Shown: piece by piece, positions 53,379-64,000 of the stretch | How the letters are laid out: every line of letters starts with the position of its first letter | How positions within the stretch are numbered: the first letter of the stretch is position 1 | Position numbers and translations under genes: made by a program | Notes under the pieces: model-generated | What the model saw: the letters and a program-made list of their open reading frames with translations, nothing else | What the model was told of the DNA's origin: nothing | Database searches by the model: none | DNA from: the human T2T-CHM13v2.0 reference genome, Homo sapiens | DNA length: 64,000 nt | Direction of reading: 5' to 3' | Assembly: GCA_009914755.4 (NCBI GenBank) | Contig: CP086569.2 | Span: 2,112,001 to 2,176,000 of the forward strand

Positions 53379-55463
53379 CTACAGGAAGCTGCTGTCCCTA
53401 ATGCCAAAGAAACCGCCGCTGACGCCATCCCCCAAGGAGAACACCTGCTCCTGGTCCAGGCCCCACTCCCCCTCGTCCTGGTCCTCGGGTTCCGCCTCTG
53501 CCCCACTCCGGGCGTTCTCATACAGAAACACCTGCTCGTCCACGTGCGCGGGAGCCAGCCGGTTCCTCTTGGCGCTGACCACGTTGGCGGCGGATCCGAA
53601 GAGACGCTCAGGGGCGACGCGCGTGGCCGTCACGCACCAGTACTTCTGCAGCACCTTGGGCAGCAGGGGGAAGAGGGCCAGGCGGTCTGACCACCACTTG
53701 AGGGGGTCTTCGTTGAGGCCAAGCACCTTCTGGGACTTGAAGTTGCTCAGCTCCTCCACCACCTGGGCATGCCACTCTTCCTGGTCCTCCACGCCGCCTG
53801 TCTGGCAGAAGATCTCGGCCAGCATGTTGTTGATGACGCTGGCGGGCGGCGGCGTGGATGTCCGCATGAGCTTCTTGACGGGAGGCTCCTCGGGCACCGG
53901 GAAGATCTTGTCCTCAGCCGGCCGGTAGCCGCCGTCTTTGACCTTGTCCAGCAGGCCCTTGGCCTCTTCCACCACGCGATTCTCCACCTGCTGCCGCTCG
54001 AAGGCGGAGAGGAAGGGCAGCCTCTTGTAGCGGGGGTCCAGGAAGGTGGCCACGTTGAGAAACATGTCGATCTCGGGCGTCTCCTGGTAGGTCTTGGAAA
54101 GCTCCTTGGCGATGACCTCCTTGGCCATGCTGAGCTCCTTGGAGTCGGTCTCCTTGATGTTGAGCGTGGTGTTCAGGAGCATGTGCAGCAGCGGCTTCAC
54201 CATGCTGATGGTGGGGTACCTGGAGGCCGACAGCATCTCGGCCACCTGCTTGAAGGGCTGCAGGAGCTCCACCAGCCCCTCGATGGTGGCCCACTCGCTG
54301 GCCTCCAGCATGAGGTGGTGGTTGTTGCTGTCCTCCACCAAGACCCCGGCGATGACGAACTGCTGCTCCTTGAGGCGCTGCAGCATGGCCAGCGTGCTCC
54401 CCCACCAGGAGACGCGGTTGCTCACCAGCATGCAGTGGGCCACGTTCTGCTGCTTCTGCTTCTCATAGAGCATGTACATGGCCACGGCAGACTGCTGGAA
54501 GTACTCCACCAGTTTGCGGCAGCGCGACAGCAGCGCCCCCAGCTTCGGGAGCTGGAAGGCCTGCTGGATGCCGGCATTGAAGGTGTGGCCCAGGCAGGGC
54601 ATGTGCACTGCGACGTCCAGCAGGGAGCACGCCTTCACGATGTCCTTGCCATAGTTGGTGGTGGCCCCGAAGACCTTGGCGCTGATGCCCCACTCGATGA
54701 AGACCTCATAGAGCACTCGCGTGATGGTCTCCGCCGTGTTCTCTTCGGGCACCTCGAAGGTCTTCAGGCAGCGGGAGCCCATGGACAGGCAGTTGGGGGC
54801 GCCCAGGCCCAGGAAGTGGGCGGCCAGCGTGACGTAGGCGCGGTTCTGATTCTCACTCCTCCACATGTCGGTGGAGATGCCACACCAGGTGGCCTCGGCC
54901 AGCTCCTTCAGGATCACCTCCCGGACGGCCCCGTACTTCTCAGGGATGGCCTTGGTAGAGATGTACTTCCGGCTGGGCAGCTCATACCGGGGGTCGGCCG
55001 TCTTCAGCAGCACCTTGAAGGTGGGCTCGTCCACGATGGAGGCTGGGTACAGCCCCTCGCAGATGAGGCCCAGCACGGCGGCCGTCAGCTCCTGCTGCTT
55101 CTTGCTGTCGTAGCCGTGGCCGGCCTTGACGGCCAGCGCATCCTGCCCGGGCTGCTGGGACGACTCGGGCTTCAGCTTGGAGAAGGCGGTGGCGAAGGCT
55201 TCACGCATCTGCTCCGTGTTGCTCTTGACGAACTCGCAGAATTCCTCGGGGTGGTTCTTCTCCAGGTGGTAGGACAGGTTGGAGGTGTTTCCGGAGTAGG
55301 CGATCTGGGCCATGCAGATGCGGCAGTAGATTTTCTTCCACTGCAGGATGCATCCCTCGGCGTTGGTGTCGAAGCCGAAATACTTCCACACCTTGCTCTT
55401 GGCGCGGGGGTGGGCCACCAGCTTCAGGTCTGTCTGGGAGCTCTCCAGGCTTTTATTCTCCAT
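53379..55463 (-). CDS. ZBED1: ZBED1, zinc finger BED-type containing 1 (domesticated hAT/Ac-like transposase, hDREF/TRAMP); complete 694-aa ORF in a single exon
   Basis: Uninterrupted 2085-nt minus-strand ORF starting [32 protein letters not shown]-terminal BED finger [25 protein letters not shown] (CxxC...HxxxxH). C-terminal hAT dimerisation region ...[49 protein letters not shown]. The 694-aa length matches human ZBED1. GC-rich, CpG-rich coding sequence. My hand count of the stop codon falls one base off the ORF-track end, so the coordinates follow the ORF track. Confidence 0.9.
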
Positions 55464-55516
55464 TGCTTCTCCACCGGAGCCTGCCTGCTGGACGGCTGCT
55501 CATGCGTGGGGACCTG
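55464..55516 (-). other. ZBED1: 5'-UTR part of the ZBED1 coding exon; putative 3' splice acceptor at ~55517-55518
   Basis: Minus-strand reading gives the polypyrimidine tract ttgtcttggcccttctcag|caggtcccc immediately upstream of the ATG. This fits an upstream non-coding exon spliced onto the coding exon. Confidence 0.45.
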
Positions 55517-55520
55517 CTGA

Positions 55521-56223
<703 letters not shown>

Positions 56224-56959
56224 TAGAAGAATCCACAAGTGGCCAGGCAGACCCCCCACTGCCAACCATCACAGCAGGACTCTCTGAATGCCACCTGAGC
56301 TTCATTCACTGCATTAAAGAAGCCAAACAGGACCTCCATCTGACTAAAGCCAGCTTTCCTATGGCTAAGAGGCACTGCACACTCTTCTCAAACTTTATGG
56401 TTTAAAATGAAGCCATGTGGAACGTCACAGGTGCATCCGTGATCTGTAAGCACGTCTGAAGAAGCATGGATTTCTCAATCCCTGGAACTTCTCAAAATGC
56501 CCATTGTGTCCAGTCACACCTGTGGGCAGAAAGGCCCAACTGGGCAAATATCACACACCTGTGCAAACATCAGGCAGTCGGTGTGGAGGCTTAGATGACC
56601 CAGAAGCCAGTCCCCAGGGTTCCTGTTGAGGTTGAATGCTCACACATACAGGCCCTTCCAGCTGCCACTCAGGAGGCCACCTCTGTGACTGGGTTGCCCA
56701 AAATGACAGCTGGGCTTTGTTAAAAGGTGTAATTGTGTCTCCAAGTGTCCAGTACAGTGCTCAGGAGGGTAAATATCAAAATGCACCACCCAGGCACGTT
56801 CAGAGTGTTGGGATACAGTCAGTGCAAGGAGGCATATTTCAATGATGACTATAGTGGGTTGAAAAGCGTCCTCCCCTACCAAAGAAAATCTGTATCCACC
56901 TGGTACTTGTGTATGGGACCTTGTTTGGAAAAAGGGTCTTTGCAGATGTATTAATAATG

Positions 56960-57185
56960 AAGGTAAGGATCTTTAGATGAGATTATTCTCAATTGAGGTG
57001 GTCCTAAATGCAGTGACCAGTGTCCTTAATAGAAGACAGATGAGGAGACACGGACACACAGGAGAAGACCACATGGAGACAGAGGCCGAGACTGGAGTGA
57101 TGCGGCCACAAACCCAGAACGCCTGGAGCCCCCAGGAGCTGGGAGAGGCAGGAAGGATCCTCCTCTAGAGCCTCCACAATGAACT
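56960..57185 (+). mobile_element. MLT1-type (MaLR) LTR fragment, first of a tandem pair
   Basis: ...CCTAAATGCAGTGACCAGTGTCCTTAATAGAAGACAGATGAGGAGACACGGACACACAGGAGAAGACCACATGGAGACAGAGGCCGAGACTGGAGTGATG...CCCAGGAGCTGGGAGAGGCAGGAAGGATCCTCC. Confidence 0.7.
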
Positions 57186-57299
57186 GGATAAAATCATGGT
57201 GGATTGAACAGTGGCCCGCAGAAAGATCTGTCCACAGCCTAAAGCCCAGGATGTGGAATGAGATCTTACTTGGTTATTAGAAATTTTGTAGATCTCATG

Positions 57300-57625
57300 A
57301 GTTAAGGATCTGGAGATGAGATCATCCGGGATTTGAGTGAGCCCTAAATGCAGTGACAGATGTCCTTATAAAAGACAGAAGAGGAGACACAGACACAGAG
57401 AAGGCCACATGGAGACAGAGGCAGAGACTAGAGTGATGATGTGGCTGGCCTGAAGCCCAGGGACGCCAGGAGCCCCCAGGAGCTGGGAGAGGCAGGAAGC
57501 ACCCTCCGCGTAAGCCTCCGGAGGGAGCGCAGCCCTGAGACACTTTGATTACAGACTTCTGGCCTCCAGAACTGGGAGAGAATAAGCTATGGTTTTAAGC
57601 CCTCCGGTTTCTGGTACTTTATTAA
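57300..57625 (+). mobile_element. MLT1-type LTR, second copy, with intact 3' terminus
   Basis: Same internal sequence, followed by ...TTTGATTACAGACTTCTGGCCTCCAGAACTGGGAGAGAATAAGCTATGGTTTTAAGCCCTCCGGTTTCTGGTACTTTATTAAAGCAAG (MLT1 consensus end). Confidence 0.75.
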
Positions 57626-58039
57626 AGCAAGGTATTCTGAAGGTTAATTTTGCCCGAAATAATGAGTGGAGGTCTTAGAAAGGCCCCCCGTCTTCACGGG
57701 CAGTCGCGGCCTGCGTTGCTGGCTTTCCGTCAACGGTGCCCGCCCAGTGCTTTTTAGGGAGACGCCGCCACGTGCCAGGTGAGCTGGGCATTGCCAGAGC
57801 CCAGCAGTGCCACTTCCCAAGACTGGGGTGCAAGGAGGGGGGTCCTGTGGCCAATGCCAGCACCCTGGTTTGTTCTAAGGTGCTGAGAGAATGAATAACA
57901 TGACCGGGACTTCCACAAAACGAGGAACCCCCAAACTGCATCTTCTGCAGCCGAGTTAGGGTGGGGCCCCTGGATTACACAGTCAACGGAGGGGGAAAAG
58001 AATCTCAAGAGGCCTCCTAAGTCCGACCTGAGTGACAGG

Positions 58040-58431
58040 ACACAGCTGTATCAGATCCTCCATCATCATCATCATCATATTATTATTTGGCTGAAACAGG
58101 TTTTGGTAATTGGGAGGAAAAGGTTTACATTCCATTATTATTATTTGTGCTATTGGGCTGAAAGAGGTCCCAGTCCTCAAACAAAAGTTTAAATTCTATT
58201 TATTATTATTATTATCATTATTATTATTATTATGTGGCTGAAAGCGGTTCTGGAACCTGAAGGAAAGGTTTCAATTCCATTATTATTATTATTTTTATTA
58301 TTATGAAGATTAGGCTGGAAGAGGTCCCAGTACCAGTAACAAAGGTTTATATTCTAATTATTATTGTTACGGTTGTTATTATTATTAGGCTGAAAAAGGT
58401 CTCAGTACCTGTAGCAAAGATTTTTATGCTG
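58040..58431. repeat. ATT-rich ~60-bp minisatellite, part 1 (before the Alu insertion)
   Basis: Units of GGCTGAAAGAGGTCCCAGTACCTGGAACAAAGGTTTATATTCTATT followed by variable (ATT)n. Confidence 0.9.
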
Positions 58432-60200
<1,769 letters not shown>

Positions 60201-60888
60201 TTTTGTACTAAGAGCCAAAATTCCCAAACCCCTAACCAAGTGACTCCTGGAAGGAGAAACAAGAAGCTCCCTCCCACGTCTCCTGCTGTCAGAATTCCAT
60301 GGGATTCCCAGGTAAAGAACCGTCCACACAGTAGGTGGGTTCCACCTGAACCCACGTAACAGCCACAGCAGAGCTGACCTTCTGCAGTGAGTACCCTCCT
60401 TCCTCCTTCCTCCTCCCTTGCAGCGCTTCCGAGCACACAAGGCCACGAATAAAGGTTGCTGTAAACCAGCCTCTCACTGCCTCATTCTTCAAGACTGGTG
60501 CAGCATCCCCAGTGCGGGGGGAGGGGGGTTTGGGGGGGACACTCCCCAAAACGCTCTCAGGGGGCCGGCGATTTCACGTTTCCAATTGCACATCCATGAG
60601 AGGCCAGTGGATGTGCCTCACATGACTCTTACCAGAACGACACGTCGCAAGAGACCAGTGTGAAGAAGCAGAGGAAGGAGCCAGCCGCCATCCGTCCCTT
60701 TATGGATGAGACTGACAAAACCCTAAAACTCAGCCACTCTTCTCCCTAGGTTTTTGTTATTTTGGAAATGACAATCATTTTTCTTTTAAAAAACATACAG
60801 CACATGGCCAAAGGGTACCAAGTTTCTGTTCGACAGGAGGAATCCGTTTCAGTGACCTACTGCACAGCGTGGTGGCGATAGTTAATAG

Positions 60889-61380
<492 letters not shown>

Positions 61381-61859
61381 TAAAAAACAAAAATAGCTAA
61401 AAGAGATTTTAAATGTTCCCACCGCAAAGGAAAAATAGCGGGTGATAGATATTAGTTTAATTATTCCACAATGCAAACATACAGCAAAGCATCACACTGT
61501 GCCCCATAAGTGTACACATTTATATATTTATATAAAAATATCAATTGTTTTTATTTACATCTAAATTATATAAATATAACTTATTTGTATTTTATATTTA
61601 TAGAAAAGTATAAATTATTCTAAAAATATATATATTTAATAAAAATAAAATATAAAAACAATAAATATATTACATACATTTTTGTATGTAACATGTAATT
61701 GGCCTGTTACCATTACTTTTAAATAGATTGTTAAATATGTTTTAAATTTCTGTTTTAATGTCTAACAGGATGACTTATTGACTGTTATAATCCACAAAAA
61801 CAAAAACTGTCTGGGGTCCTCATTTTTTTTGAAAGAGATTCTATGATCAAGAAATTGGA

Positions 61860-62174
<315 letters not shown>

Positions 62175-64000
62175 TTACTTCTACCTGATTTCTAATAGCC
62201 ACTGTTCACTACTCATAAAACCAACAAGAATTAACTTTCCCTTTACAGGTTAAAAAAAAAATAGTTTGAAAAGTAGGACTTCTATAAATAGCTTTGTAAG
62301 TGGGCCAGTTGGCATATTTTTTGTAAATACTCACTCCTGTGGTACAGCATTTACGAATCCATTTTGCATCCCAGAAAGTGAAGGAATATTCTGTGGCCTA
62401 TTATTTACAATAGAACTTTTAAGAAAAATTCTGTGGCAGTATTGGAACTGGACTTGACTACAGGTACCATCAATTTTCTCTCCTTTGCAAAACTCATTGA
62501 TGTATCAGAGAAAATGTAATTTCTAAACAGATCACCCTGTTATTAATACCGGTGGGTAGAGACTTTCTTTACTCAATATGATCATTTTCAACAGATTTCA
62601 GGCCATATCAATGTTCAAGTTTTGATGCCATATTAGGATATTAAATGCACTGATTAAATCATCTATTTTAAAATCCAACCAACAGATACAACTTACTGAA
62701 TGGGCCGCATGGATATAGTCTTAAGAACACAGAGACAGACCCTCTTATGGGAATTCTCAATTTGCTTCTAAACCCCCTCTGTAAAGGCATGACCAACATC
62801 TATGATTAATTTGTAATTATCTTGTTTTTCCATGATGAACTGTAAGAAGACACCATTTAGGAGTGGATTCCAGCCACAATTTCTTCCTTCTCATACCATG
62901 TAAGTCAACTCATGTGGAAGGTGTAACCCAGGCATTTCCTTTGTACGATACCTAAGAAGAACACGCTCCATTTGGAAGTTCTAAGAAAAAACTGCCCTTG
63001 CTTCCAATCTGCAGTGGGGAAATTGGCCCTCTTGGTTATTCAAACAGCTTAGCTCAAATGCCCTGGACAAAGTTCAATGTTTCCTCACCAACAGCGAAGG
63101 CCTACCAGAGAGAAGCAAATAAAAAATGCCGTTTAGGAAGCTGGCCACCAGCAGACCAAGGACAACAGCATTCCTCCACTGGTATCGAAAATTATTTTTA
63201 ATCCATACATAGGAAGGGGCTCGATGAGGGCAAGCCACTTAAGTTAATCTTTAGAGAAGGCCATTCTGTTTCGATACACACCCGGGTACAGATTCCCTTG
63301 GCAGACACGTGACTTCACCAGAAGCTCGTCCTCTTTAACAACCTTCTGTTGTTGTTTAATCAGTAAATGGGAAAAAAAAAAAAAAAAAAAGATTCCAGCC
63401 CTTTTTCTAATGCACAAAGAGCAAGTTTTTCAAAGGCCAGCATTTTGGTGAGCTGCTGCAGGAACCCCGGCCTCTTCTGCCAGGGCCCACACAGGCCCTT
63501 AAGGAGGTTTAAGGGGACCTTTCTGTAAGCAAAACTGCCCGGATAAACATAATCTTCTGCGAGACTCCACACAATTGTTCAGCAGCTGTAAACCGTTCAC
63601 CTTGCAACTGATTACTTACTTCAAACAAACATGCTCTCCTGCCCTCCGAAAGCCTGACTACAGTTCCCTTTACTCTCCTTCTTCTATGCATTTGTAATTA
63701 TGCTAAGTGGGTTTAAAAAAAAATACTGAAGGCCAGTTTGGCAGAAAAAGAAAAGCTTAGCTCACAGAAAACTCAAAGCTCTTTTTCTCTGGCTAGAGGC
63801 GGGAGAGAGAGGCTCATTTTAAAACATCCACTCCAGGCACGCTTCTCAAAGGGTGGCGCTGGGACCCCTGGGGTTCCTTCAGTGGGTGCAGAGTGGAAGT
63901 CAAAAGTCATTTCACAATAAGGCACCCAAGCGCTTCGCCTGGCTGACTCCCAGTCTCCCAGAGGCGTGCAGTAGTGTCTTCCAGAGGCCTCCTGACATGC

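Noticed and set aside
53769-55520. 583-aa plus-strand ORF antisense to ZBED1
   Set aside because: This is the usual long antisense open frame in a GC-rich coding region. The product is low-complexity (G/L/A/R-rich) and lacks an initiator context. The sense strand encodes the recognisable ZBED1 protein.

Overview
This window reads as human (hominid) genomic DNA, not a prokaryotic locus. I infer it comes from pseudoautosomal region 1 (Xp22.33/Yp11); the placement and the DHRSX intron-1 context rest on recall of ZBED1 being a PAR1 gene and are not verifiable from the sequence itself. There is one clear protein-coding feature. The intron-less coding exon of ZBED1, a domesticated hAT/Ac-like transposase with a BED zinc finger, lies on the minus strand at 53379-55463 and encodes 694 aa. 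Everything else is interspersed and tandem repeat. I found more than 50 Alu copies, L1 3'-end fragments of two ages, and MaLR/MLT1 LTR fragments. The main structure is a roughly 39-kb complex of tandem segmental duplications at 9.9-48.7 kb. It holds seven arrays of a 50-bp (variant 37-bp) minisatellite, each about 1.0-1.9 kb. The arrays sit inside two interleaved paralogous modules: [T-(W)-V-MaLR LTR-U-array-old L1] and [L1PA 3' end-S-U-array]. Module boundaries lie inside Alu elements, and several Alus are visibly chimeric. Other repeat features are a ~60-bp ATT-rich minisatellite with dimeric higher-order structure in the ZBED1 intron (58.0-60.2 kb), a ~620-bp polypurine (GGAA/GGGA) tract 2.6-3.2 kb downstream of the ZBED1 stop codon, a local Alu-plus-190-bp tandem triplication (2.7-4.1 kb), and several microsatellites. 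I found no CRISPR, operon or prokaryotic defence-type system. The structural findings worth follow-up are the multi-copy minisatellite-bearing duplication complex and its Alu-mediated junctions.
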